Origin: Leptogorgia sarmentosa
Lineage: Eukaryota
DNA length: 64,000 nucleotides
Direction of reading: 5' to 3'
NCBI GenBank assembly: GCA_964658305.1
Contig: OZ210885.1
Span: 23,250,001 to 23,314,000 of the forward strand
The notes beneath the pieces are model-generated. The model saw nothing but the letters and a program-made list of their open reading frames with translations. It ran no database searches and was not told the origin of the DNA. Every line of letters starts with the position of its first letter. Position 1 is the stretch's first letter. Shown here piece after piece: positions 25,177 through 36,426 of the stretch. A program made the position numbers and the translations under genes.

Positions 25177-25676
25177 ACTTCCATTGTACAGTATCTCAAA
25201 CAATTTATCAAGTAGTTTTTACAGTAGACATGCCATGGTTCTTGTTGATGTTTACCATGTTTGACATTTGTCAATTTTAGTTGCTGCATCTTTACTGTTT
25301 TAGAGCATTGTATCTAATTTGTAGCAATTAGGTAATTTGGATTGCACAAATTTAGATTGTCCATCCAGGTTGGGCAACAGCATAAAACAAGAATTGCTCA
25401 AACTGAAAATTGCTATTCAAACTGATATACAAGCTGATGCCAGCTTATGTACCTACAAAGTAATGGTGACAACTTTAGACAAAAACCTTGGCAAGTAAAA
25501 CATAAGTGTCCATTGCCTGGCTTTTGTCAAACGTTGCCGCTATTGCTTTGTATAGATCTTATATTTATCAAAGAGGCTCCTCGAGCTGAAAGTAAACAAA
25601 CACAGTAAACATGCACAGAATGAACTTGATGGTACCTTTAAACCCTCCTATTCTACAGTATTATTTTTGACACTGT

Positions 25677-26546
25677 TTACCGCATTCCTGAGGGAATATA
25701 ACCTCTAGATTGTTTGGTTGGAAACCTTGCCCTCAGATTGTGGTAAATGCAAGCAGGCAATGGCCTGGAGTGATCCCAGCCAAGCAAACCACATAACCAT
25801 TTGACTAACCACCTGTACGCCACTGCTCTTAGGTAGCTGAAAAAAATAAAATTATTGTCAATTTATTGCATGTTAACTTGCATTTTATTCTAAATACAAA
25901 TAAGACAAATCAGGTAAATCAGACTTACTCATTTTCTGATTCTCCCGCACGTCGTCCATAGGATCGACCATTTCTGTCCTTTAGCAACGGCCCAACCTGT
26001 GTCAGAACTACAGTGGTGGTCAGTGCAATATAATCTTCATGCTCTGTGATACATTTGATCCTTTTAATACTGCCATCGCACACTAGAATCTGAACAACAG
26101 GAGACAGCTCTTTGCAGCATCTGTATTCTCGAATTCCAACAAGAAACGCAGTGTCGCAACATTGACAAGTGCACCTGCAGTTCAAATTACATATCATTGA
26201 GATACTATAGACTATTATAGAATACAGAAACTGAGAAAGACAAACTGTCAAAGACAACAAAGTTGAAGCTAAGGGCTTACCACTCGTTTAAAGGCATTGT
26301 GCCCTCACTTCTCCTTTCCAATACTTCGGGGGAAAGCCCATCTTCGTCTGTTTCATCGCTAGCATTATCTTCTCCGGGTAACGCTAATGGTTCATCAGCG
26401 TAAGCTTCGGTATGCGAGAATGCTTCGACATAATCAGGGTTGTCACATTCCGTTTCATAACTTTCATTGCGTGCGCTTCCAGCGTTATCAGTTGCACTTT
26501 CGCTAGTGTTTGAACACGAAGAAGTATCTGAAATGGCTTCCGACAT
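25677..26546 (-). CDS. Kolobok accessory protein (KolX-like), resembling the P2X7 cytoplasmic ballast domain
   Basis: Exons 26546-26281, 26174-25929 and 25836-25677 splice in frame with GT-AG: acidic N-terminus, EWCTCQCC...EYRCCKE...CITEHEDY...YLRAVAYRWLVKWLCGLLG...RPLPACIYHNLRARFP..GY. Confidence 0.85.
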
Positions 26547-27294
26547 TATGAAATCAAAGCAATTGGACGATCAACAACACCACCAAGCAGAATATTGTAA
26601 AAAGTGAAGAAGACACGAGAATTCTTGCGGCAAATCAGATATCACTGTATTATAATATCGACGGCGCAGAGAACATGTCATACTTATGACGTCACAGAGC
26701 AAGCATAATGGCGCACAAAATGTCGCATGTAGGCCCAAACTTTGAATCGAAATTTCGACCGCTTTTACTTAACGTAAAATTCTCGGATAGGCATCAAATT
26801 ACTCGCAAAAGATCAAATATTATTTCGAAGGGAAAAACAATGGATCGAAAATTTCGTTACATAGGCACTTTAAGACATTGTTCTTTTGTTGTGATAAATT
26901 TTCTTCAACAATACCGGAATTATTTTTCGAGAACTTTGCCGTGAAACATGCTGCATTTTTATTGTTTCAAGACGGCCGCCAGACGTTAATTATATCACCG
27001 AATTTTGGAGGATGACCAAACATTTAAAATATGGAATTCGAACTACTTGTGTGATTTATTATACATTACTAGCCTTAATTCTTCAAACCACAGAATATTT
27101 GGCTAATCCAATATTTTATCTCGGATTGGTTGGTTGGTTATTACAGACAGAGCCTCTTAATTGGACAGTAATTTGCTATTATCACAATTCTGGACGCGAT
27201 GACGTAATGTACACAGGATATCATGTATCAGCAGTGGAAATTTTGAAATGAGTTGAAACTTGAAACTAACGACAGTTGCTCTACTTTGATAAAG

Positions 27295-27880
27295 ATGGAA
27301 GTATGTTGTTCGTTTAAGTCAATAGTGGGAGGAATTTGCAGTTCTGATAGCTGTGATAGGAAGCATGAAGTGCGCATTGTTCCTTTAATATCATGTAGTA
27401 AAGATATAGCGAACCATCTAGCATTATTGTCGTTTTCTGGACCCATGAACGGGATAGATCTAATACTGTGTCGAACTGCAATATTCAACATACCAGACAC
27501 ATTGAATGAGATGACAATATGTCCATTTCATTGCGGAAAACTCGGATTGGGGTGGACAAGCAGTTCCACCAGAAGCAAAATTCCAGCTGAATTGTCCAAT
27601 CACGGGAAAGGAAGTAAAAAAGTCTGGCCAAAAGGAGACAGAGGACTAGGGAAACAAGGCTCTAAAGTTGTACTGGAAAAGACTGGTGTCTTTATCCCGG
27701 CTAGCTCGGGTAAAATATTACTCACATTCAATTTTATATATTTAATTTACACAAGTGTTTGGTGTTACAAATTTGCAAAGTACCAACTTATCGTTTTCTA
27801 CATGTCTTGGTTTATTAGGAATTTCCAGAACATGCCGCAGTACCGTCAAGAGCTTTAGAGTTGTCAGTCCCATGACCCCA
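27295..27880 (+). pseudogene. N-terminal exons of a Sola-like transposase (remnant B, truncated)
   Basis: Exon 27295-27709 (CSKDIANHL...ICPFHCGKLGLGW...FIPASS) splices in phase 1 to GISRTCR at 27819. This is the same layout as remnant A (CKDDIKTHL...VPVGS / ICSSCR). Confidence 0.55.
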
Positions 27881-28823
27881 GTTGAAGAGTTGGGAGTGTG
27901 CCTACAGACAACAACACTACAGGTATTTTTGCAATTAACCCTGTTGTTTATACTCGTGCTCAAGGCAGCTAATTCACAACTTTGGTGATCCTAGCCTGCA
28001 CAACATGGGAAAGTAAAAGTTATCCCTTCATTAAAAAATGGAAAATGGCCTTTTAAAATCGTTTGAGATGCGACCAGGATTGAATGTAATGATTTTTGAA
28101 AGACGTTCTCAGGTCGAAAATACTGATTTATTATTACGAGCTTTATGTACTTATCCTTCGCACTAAAAACGAAACTGTGTTTGCAGGACAACTCTGAACA
28201 GGGCGGCCATCAACCTTATTCACACCTACTGCACGTGTATCCTAAGCCTCTGACCTGTCAATAACCGGCCAATCCTAGGAGGACACCCACAAAATATGTA
28301 CCCCAAAGAATAAACTAAACAACGTTCTTGCTGCCAGAGACTTCCTATTCGAACGTCAATGAAAGTCTCATGGGATGAAGCTTCCGGGCAAACAAAGAGG
28401 CATTATTATTTATGAAAAGCCAAACAGGTTGTCTTTGCTACCCTTGAAGAAATGGCACCCAATAATTCTGAGGTGCTGTTTAGAGCCATGAACGAACCCC
28501 ATACCATCCACAGACCGAAGGAAAAGCCGAGAGATTCAATCGGACCCTGTTGTCCATGTTAAGAACATTACCAGAAGATCAGAAATGCAATTGGAAGGAC
28601 TCGGTTAATAAAGTAGTTCACACGTACAATTGTACAGTTAATAGTGCAACCGGATTCTCGCCTTTCTACTTGTTGTTTGGCCGCTCACCTCGACTCCCGA
28701 TAGACCTCGTCTTCGGCACATCTCTCGCAAAGTCCACCGCTGGTTATAGACAGTATGTGCAGAAATGGAAAGGTGCTATGCCTTCATAGCATGCCTTCAT
28801 AGCACCTTCATGCAAAAGCAATA

Positions 28824-30351
28824 CACTATGTTCCAAATTATTATGCAAATCAATTTAATTTGAATATTTCGTTAACTACTTATTGTGCACATGTGAAACC
28901 TTCACAGGCTGTTAAGTGCACATTGTTCAATATTATGCATTGATTTTATGTGCATATTTTCATTAAATAATGCCACTGGGACCTTTTATGCAAAAAGGTG
29001 CTTCCTGTCCTGTACCAAATTATTATGCAACTTCACCATTCATGCTTATAATCTATAAGGATGGGCAAGCAGACAGACCTCACTGACAATGAGAAGAAGA
29101 AAATAGTTTGCCAACTTGCCAAGGGTAGAGAAACCCTTGAAATTGCAAAGGAACTATCTCGTGATCACAGAACTATAAAACAATTTGTGACCAATGTAAA
29201 CCATACGAGAAAAAGGAGTGACAAAGGGGTAAGACGAAAGCTGTCCAGACGTCAAGTATCTGCCATAAAGCGAGAGGCTGTTAAACATCCTCTCTTAACA
29301 AGTAAACAACTATTTGAGCAAGCTGGTGTTGGTGAAGTGCCCCGAACCTCCCGCTGTTGCATTCTTCAAACAGTTGCAAAAAATGTAAAGCCGAATATTC
29401 GTCCACCCTTGAATTCCCGACACAAGGCCAAACGAGTTGAATGGGCCAGGCTGTATATGAAGGTAGATTTCCAGACCGTTCTCATCACTGATGAATGCAG
29501 AGCGACATTAGATGGGCCTGATGGATGGTGCGGGGCCTGGCTTGTTAATGGCACCACAAAACCAACAAGGGCAAGACGGCAGCAAGGAGGCGGCGGTGTT
29601 ATGTTTTGGGCTGCATTGATTGGCAAGGATGTTGTTGGGCCATTCAGGGTACCAGACGGGCTAAAAATGAATGCCCAATCATATACACAGTTTTTGAAAG
29701 AAAACTTACTCCCTGCAGCATTCAAAAAGAAGATCATATTCATGCAGGACAACGCACCATCCCATGCTGCGCGTTATACCATCGATTTCCTGGCAAAACA
29801 TGGTTTCAAAGAGGACAAGTTCATGATATGGCCACCTGCATCACCAGATCTTAATCCTATTGAGAACTACTGGAGTATTTTGAAACGTCAAATTTACATT
29901 GGTGGTCGACAGTATGCCTGGAAAGATGAATTATGGTGTGGTATTTGTGAAGCATCTAAGAGCATTACGGCGAACGAAATACAAAAACTCTCAAAATCTG
30001 TTGATGGTCGACTTGTAGAAATTCTGTCAAATAAGGGATGTTATGTAAATAAGTAATTATGAAAAATCTTATATGTTCCATTAATTCACACTTCACATAC
30101 ACAATAATGTCCTTAATGTTACTTCTTTGTGGGAGTTCAACCCACCATTTATGTGTTGCATAATAATTTGGTACAGGACAGGTAGCACCTTTTTTGCATA
30201 AAAGGTCCTGGTGGCATTATTAATGAAAATATCCATATAAAATCAATGTATAATGTTGAACGATACGCACTTAACAACCTGTGAAGGTTTCACATGTGCA
30301 CAATGAGTAGTTTAAATTAAATTGATTTGCATAATAATTTGGAACATAGTG
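28824..30351 (+). mobile_element. Tc1-like DD37E (TRT-type) transposon, 1528 bp
   Basis: TA at 28822-28823 and 30352-30353. Imperfect TIRs of about 200 bp starting CACTATGTTCCAAATTATTATGCAAATCAATTTAATT, each with an inner repeat of CCAAATTATTATGCAA. Confidence 0.93.
29061..30056 (+). CDS. DD37E transposase, 331 aa
   Basis: TDECRATLDGPD, FMQDNAPSH and SPDLNPIENYW, with 37 residues between the second D and the E. Confidence 0.9.
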   Translation: MGKQTDLTDNEKKKIVCQLAKGRETLEIAKELSRDHRTIKQFVTNVNHTRKRSDKGVRRKLSRRQVSAIKREAVKHPLLTSKQLFEQAGVGEVPRTSRCCILQTVAKNVKPNIRPPLNSRHKAKRVEWARLYMKVDFQTVLITDECRATLDGPDGWCGAWLVNGTTKPTRARRQQGGGGVMFWAALIGKDVVGPFRVPDGLKMNAQSYTQFLKENLLPAAFKKKIIFMQDNAPSHAARYTIDFLAKHGFKEDKFMIWPPASPDLNPIENYWSILKRQIYIGGRQYAWKDELWCGICEASKSITANEIQKLSKSVDGRLVEILSNKGCYVNK

Positions 30352-31653
30352 TAGAAAACAGTCGAAAGTCACCAACAGCGGGGAAAAGACACTACAATAA
30401 GACAATTCGTTGCATAGAGCTTCAGCCTGACAACCGCGTGCTTGTCCGGAACCTCTCCGAGCGAGGCGGAACAGGGAAACTACGAGCGTTTTGAGAGAGC
30501 CAAATATACGAAGTGGTCGAACGAAAGGGCGAAATGCCAGTATACCAGGTGAAACCAGAAGGCAAAGACATAAAGAAGTCGAAGAAACCAGCTTCTGAAG
30601 TGCAACTTCCTCTCGTCAGAATCAAAAATTAAAATTTAGCCGACGCAACGCTTACACGGCAAGTTAGATGTTCATGGTAACGTGGAAATGGAGGACGTGC
30701 ATTACACGGAAAGTGACGAGGACGCAACGTACGGATTGACGCCAGAAGAATTTTCTGTCACTTTCCCAGAAGCGAACATATCTAATCATGTTGAACACCT
30801 GGAAATAGCGGTACCATTAATCAATGTCGACCCAGCGACTGAGGAAGTGCTGGAAGTTGATGGACATGAAGAAACAGATGACATTGACAATCAAGTTACA
30901 GACGACGTGGTAGTCGGCATACCAGAGACTGGGGTATATGAGAATGAGACAAATGCAGAAATTAACGAAGCAGAAGAAAATATATGGCAGCGCCCAGTGC
31001 AAAACAGATGACCACCAAATATGCTACATTACGATTCGATGAGCCATCCTACGGAACCCCTCAAGAAGCATTCTGGCCCCTAACCTGAGTCAGTCCTCCA
31101 ATCCCAGTTTTCTCCCCTAACCCTTTTCCTTTCTACCCTTTTCCTTTCTACCCTTTTCCCCCGCCTATCCCTCCAGCAGTTTATGGATATAGATATTACT
31201 AATAGATACTTTAGTAAGAACTCGTTATTTGTTTAAAATTTAGTTAAGAAAAAAAAAGAAACATTAACTCGTCAGAAGCTGCATGCTTAAAAAAATGTAA
31301 ACAGTGCGAACAGACACTAAGTTGTTATGGACGGCGCTATGAAAGACAGAACTTGCAAACAGAAGGCCTGATCACCCTTGAGATACATGCAAGTTTCGGC
31401 ATCATGTTTAGCGAGTAGAATATGACTCTCCCCATGTTTAGAGTTGGGGAGAGTGTGAGAGCTATAGAGTTCACCGGGGAAATAACACCGGGGAAAAAGA
31501 ACAAGAAGAACGTGCTTTGGACATTTTGTATCGTGCAAATGTAAAGTTTGAAATTAAAGTTATTAAACAAGTTAGCAGAAATGAATAAAAACATGGTTGC
31601 TTTTGTTAGTCGATTAACACAAACTTAGACTAACATTGGAACGGGTATAACAC

Positions 31654-31750
31654 ATGCACTTGCCTGAAAAGACGATGGTGCGAAGCTACCATCTGTTGGA
31701 TTATGATTGAACGCCTCTAAATCACAATCTGTGCTAGAATGCAACAATTC
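31654..31750 (+). pseudogene. Degenerate fragment of the 3' region of 28S (LSU) rRNA
   Basis: GCACTTGCCTGAAAAG..ATGGTGCGAAGCTACCATCTGTTGGATTATGATTGAACGCCTCTAAATCACAATC closely resembles the conserved eukaryotic LSU tract GCGAAGCTACCATCTGTGGGATTATGACTGAACGCCTCTAAGTCAGAATCC. Confidence 0.85.
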
Positions 31751-32182
31751 CTTTCTCTGGACAACTTACGCGAACAACAATAGTGGCACGACTCTGCTAA
31801 TTGATTGACACTGCAATGATCTATGAATTAATATGATGTGTAAAATTCTAAGTGAATAATATTTAACTGGTGCAAATAATTTGTTATTGGGCTTTAACAT
31901 CTTGTCTGACAGTGTAAACAGTAAATGTTTGTGCTGTCATGTTTACTGATGAAAAACATTCTCTAAACTAACGAGCGCTCAAAATTTCCAAAAACTTTCG
32001 GTTAGCATGGGTAGTTTAACACCCTCTGGTATATCTAGCACCAAGTTTTTTTAAAATCAAACTTTTTTAGAATGGGAAATGTGGTTACTGAAAGTCCCAT
32101 TAAAAAAGTTCACACAATTTGATTTAATCGGATGAAACTATGGAGTATGATATACAAGCTATTGAAGTGTTGAGAAATTTGG

Positions 32183-34095
32183 CAACAACAACAACAACAA
32201 CAATTTGGTAACAACAACAACAATTTATTTGTACTCAGAAATTACACACACAATCATTTACAAGTATACTATACAGTTGGAGAGTACACGCTACCTAAAA
32301 TAACCATAAGGGCTAGGAAGTTTGGCAGCGATAATTCACAATATTAAAATTTTAGTTATTTACATATTTGGACAACAGTCGATAGATGGCTTCCAAGTAC
32401 TAAACAAACAAACGAAATAATGCACAAATAAACAATATGACAACACTTGAGTAATAAAGAAAAGCAAAAAACACGATGATCTTATTCACACAATATAATT
32501 TTCTAATAATCTTTTATATAATCACGTTTAATTTCTGCTTTAAATTTCCAAATCGATAGGATTTTAATATCTTCACTAATAGAATTCCACAATTATGGGC
32601 CCTGAAATCTAATATTAAAGATCTCATAGTTTGTTCTAACTTTTGGTAAGGTATAAGATATTTTTGAAGAAAGTTGTGCACATTAACTAACTCATTGTTT
32701 AAAGTAATTTCAAGAGCTGTCAGACTTTTATGCTTATAAAATAAATTAGCATCATCGGCAAATAAATGAAAATCCAAAAGTTCAGAACAGCATTTAAAAT
32801 CATTAACATATAATAGGAACAGTAATGGACCGAGTACTGATCCTTGTGGAACACCACAATCAACAGTTCGTAAATCAGATGTAACATCACCCAAGGAAAC
32901 AAATTGACATCTATTACTAAGATAAGAAACAAACCAGTCATTTGCTATTCCTCGAATACCGTAATATTCTAATTTTTGAATAAGAATTTCATGATTAACA
33001 GTATCGAAAGCTTTGCTAAAATCCAAAAATATACCACATGAGATGTCACGACTATCAATTGCATGTTGGATCTTGTCAATAATATTAAGGATTGCATGAT
33101 CAGTGGAATGTCTTGCACGAAATCCAAACTGCATATTATCTATAATATTTTCTTTTTCTATGAAAGCTAACAGCCTTTTATGCATTATTGTTTCTAAAAG
33201 TTTATTAAAATTTGAAAGAAGAGATATAGGGCGATAATTAGTTAAATTAGTTTGCAAGCCATTTTTAAATATGGGGACTACATTTGCCATTTTAAGACTA
33301 TTCGGTACTATACCAGTGGTAAATGTGCTATTAAAAATTATTTCCAACGGCTTTGATAGCACACTCTTAAGCGATTTTAAAACAGTCGTTGGTATACTAT
33401 AAGGACCAGTGGACTTCTTAGTATTTAGTTGTGATATTTCTTGTTCAATCTCTATGGATGTGGTGGGGAAAAGATAGAAACTGTTTGCTAAAGGTGTAGT
33501 TAAATAATCGAATGGACATTTATTCACCTTGGGAATATTACATGCTAACTTATTTCCAATATTAGCAAAATAATTATTAAAAGCGTTTGCAATAGACTTA
33601 GAATCACAAATTTCAGAATTATTTAAGATTTAGTTGGTTTAGATAAGGTTTGTTGCTTAAGAATAATAAGTCGTCTAATACCTTTCCATATTCGTTTAGA
33701 ATCAGAAATATTAACATTAAAATAATCATTGTAGTATTGTCTTTTACTAAGTTTTAATAAGTGATTTATTTTATTACGGTAGAGCTTAAATTTAGCATGA
33801 TAATAAACCAATTTAGTTTTCAGGTACTTCTTATATATTCTATTCTTTTCCTGGATAGAAACCCTAATTGCACGAGTTATCCAAGGCTTGTATCTTATTT
33901 TCAATTCTCGTTTAGATAGTTTCTTGACAGGAATATGTGCATCAATTATTCCAGAAAGCTTGGTATAGAATAAATCAAACATTTGATTAGGATCTGAAAT
34001 ACTGCTTATCATTCCTTCCCAGTCAAAAGATTGAACTTCTGCATTGAAACGTTGCTCATCAAAATGGGAAAAATCTCTCTTGAAGATGTTGGTAT
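32183..34095 (-). mobile_element. CR1/L2-group LINE, 3' half (RT, internally deleted) with microsatellite tail
   Basis: YKPWITRAI; NYRPISLLS, QFGFR, FLDFSKAFDTV, GVPQGSVLGPLLFLLYVND, LFADD. The 3' end is AATAAA followed by (TTG)n on minus, seen as (CAA)n at 32183-32223. Confidence 0.92.
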
Positions 34096-35509
34096 TTTTT
34101 TCATTAATGATGTTTTATTGTTTTCTCAGTCCTCTACTAGATTGCCTGACAGAAAAGAAAAGCCGGTAGATGTGGCAAGTGAAAATGGTACAGTAGTAAC
34201 TGCCTTCGTGTAATATGTCGTGCTATAAATGTTAAATTTGGTGCTTGCAAAAACTTAATTTGTTTTTTTGTTCACAGATGAAGACAATATCGTATCTGGG
34301 TCTGGGGAGAAAACTGTTGTTGAGGGCTTTGGCCAGAAAATATCAAACCAAACACTCAATCTGTTAAGTTATGGTCATAGGTTGAATGACGAAGTGAGTT
34401 ACAAACATCTACGTACAGCACTATAGATATGAATTTTATGTTATATAGTAGCAACATACTAATATAGTTAAAACGTCAGTTATCTGTAAGTATTATGAAT
34501 AACTACTCGGTCATTCACTTTTATAGATTATAAATTTCTATCTTAAGCTTTTGGACGAGTTTGCCTTCAACTACATGGTAAAGTACAGTATAACTTACTA
34601 TCTGTGTTATTACATGTATGCCACTGTTATACTCCACACTAGCTATATTGTTTGGCAAATAGAATAACAGCTATTATTGCATAATAGCTCTGGATATGAG
34701 GTATTCTTTAAGTAAGCAGGATATTAGCTCATATCCTGCTAGTAGAGAAAAACAAAATGCCGGCTCAAACTGAATTTCCGAAGTTTTGCGAGAAAAAAAA
34801 CCCAAGTTGTTCGCTTTGTATAGCTTTTACATGATGAAAATAAGTTCAACGTACAGATCGGTAGCCTCGTGGGAATATAGTACAAATACGATATTTATAC
34901 AGTGTATTCTCGCAAGGCTTCTGATGTGTTAAACCTATTTAAAATTATGATTTTTCCTTAAAAATGCTAAATGCCCCCGACCAGGATTCATAATAGTTTT
35001 GAAACGTTCTCTGATCGTAAAATTATATTAGATACTTTCTACCTAGATACTTACACTTTTATTAGATACGAGCTTTCGACTGCCAGTCTGCAGTCTTGGA
35101 CAGGTAAAATGACACTATTTAATAGTGTCAGAACATTTCAAAACTTTATTATCAATGATTTTTCCATTATTTTTAGCGCTCAAATTGTGGATTTATGATT
35201 ATTGTCTGTGACAACCAGGCTGACAACCTTAATTGAATTAGCTGTTTAAAGGGGAACTCCACTCCAATAACAAATTAGGTTTAAATGGAAGATAATACCC
35301 TAAATGTATTGTTCCTGAAGTTTCTCGGCCCAAATCGTTATAGTACAGTAGTAATCGTTCGGCAAAGTTCGCGATTTTTTCATATTTCGACGCCATGTTG
35401 TTCTTTCTCGTGCAAGCGCGAATTTGGTCAGCGTCATAATTTTTTACGTCATTGAGTGCTTCGCGCATAATTGCAATATTATAGTGTCACAGAATAGTAT
35501 TTTATAGTC

Positions 35510-36266
35510 ATGGACATTCATGTTTCAAACGCCTCGAGCGACGATTCATCGGCGGACTCAAGACGTTCTAGTTCTTCAGGTGAGAGGTTAGATGATTTCC
35601 ATAGTAATATGTTACAAGAGGGGGAAATCTTAGGCTACCAATTCGAGCCAAGACGAGATGGCAACAGCGAGAGTGACGAATCAGCTGGAAATATGTCGAT
35701 TGACGAGGATGAAGCGAATGTTCGTTTGGGTAACCTTGACTGGTAAGTAATCATCCTTTTCTAGTTTCTCTTGGCGAATTAAATACTTTTGTTCATCGTG
35801 TTATTTCCATCATAATCACTGTATTTGTTGTTATTCTTTATATAGGTGTTCGTGCGAGCATTGCCAAATCATGGACAGGAAGGAAGAATGTGTATGCTGT
35901 CGTGAAATAGAACGGATCGTCAGTAAAAATGAGGAAGTTGCACAACACGAGAAACATAAACGTCAGTACAATTGTATTACCGACAACCCTGGCTTTCGCA
36001 CCGTGTGTTTAGATCGCTGGGTTTTACAAGCAGCTTGGTACCAATACAGGCAGCAGTATGGCAATCGAGCTCACCAAGGTCCTGAGCACAAAGAAAATAG
36101 ACATGTTGCTTACCGTCAACTAGTGCGATGGTGTTGGGGAGTTCTAGGCAAGGAAATTCGGGTAGTTCTCCCATCTTGTGCTGTCAGTTGCATTCGTGCA
36201 CATTTTCCACCACCAGGCAATGAGGACGACTTCGAGTTTGTGGGGTTTCGATTTGCTGATGAATAA
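35510..36266 (+). CDS. Kolobok accessory protein (KolX-like), P2X7 ballast-like domain; intact
   Basis: Exons 35510-35742 and 35846-36266: GYQFEP...DWCSCEHC...ECVCCRE...CITDNPGFRTVCLDRWVL...RHVAYRQLVRWCWG...VLPSCAVSCIRAHFP...FVGF. Confidence 0.9.
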
Positions 36267-36426
36267 ATAATGTTGTGTAGTAATGTATAAAGGTATTTGA
36301 AATTTGAATCAAGCCTTTATATTCGGTCAGTTTGGGTAGTATTAACCTCTTTAATATGAACAGCTTGATTGGCAACCAATTGTATTGTAAGTTTAGGGTG
36401 ACATGACATAACTCTCAATTGCCCAT

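Larger units (their letters stand above)
20834..26869 (+). mobile_element. Kolobok DNA transposon 1 (about 6.0 kb), two convergent genes
   Basis: TTAA TSD at 20830-20833 and 26870-26873. 27-bp TIR AGTG(T/C)CTATG(C/T)AACGAAATTTTC(A/G)ATC. THAP-DDE transposase on plus, Cys-rich second gene on minus. Confidence 0.9.
28490..31652 (+). mobile_element. Gypsy/Ty3 LTR retrotransposon remnant (integrase C-terminal half and probable 3' LTR), split by a Tc1-like element
   Basis: PYHPQTEGKAERFNRTLLSML...ATGFSPFYLLFGRSPRLPID before 28822, resuming as [33 protein letters not shown] after 30353. PPT-like GGGGAGAG then TGTGAG... from 31454 to about TAACA at 31652. Confidence 0.75.

Noticed and set aside
31075..31165. 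CCCTAACC / CCCTTTTCCTTTCTA repeats resembling telomeric sequence
   Set aside because: Only isolated CCCTAA units within a pyrimidine-rich Gypsy tail; no tandem telomere array.
35510..36266. Annotation as a host P2X7 purinoceptor gene
   Set aside because: No transmembrane or ectodomain sequence; only the ballast-like domain, enclosed by transposon TIRs and TSD.
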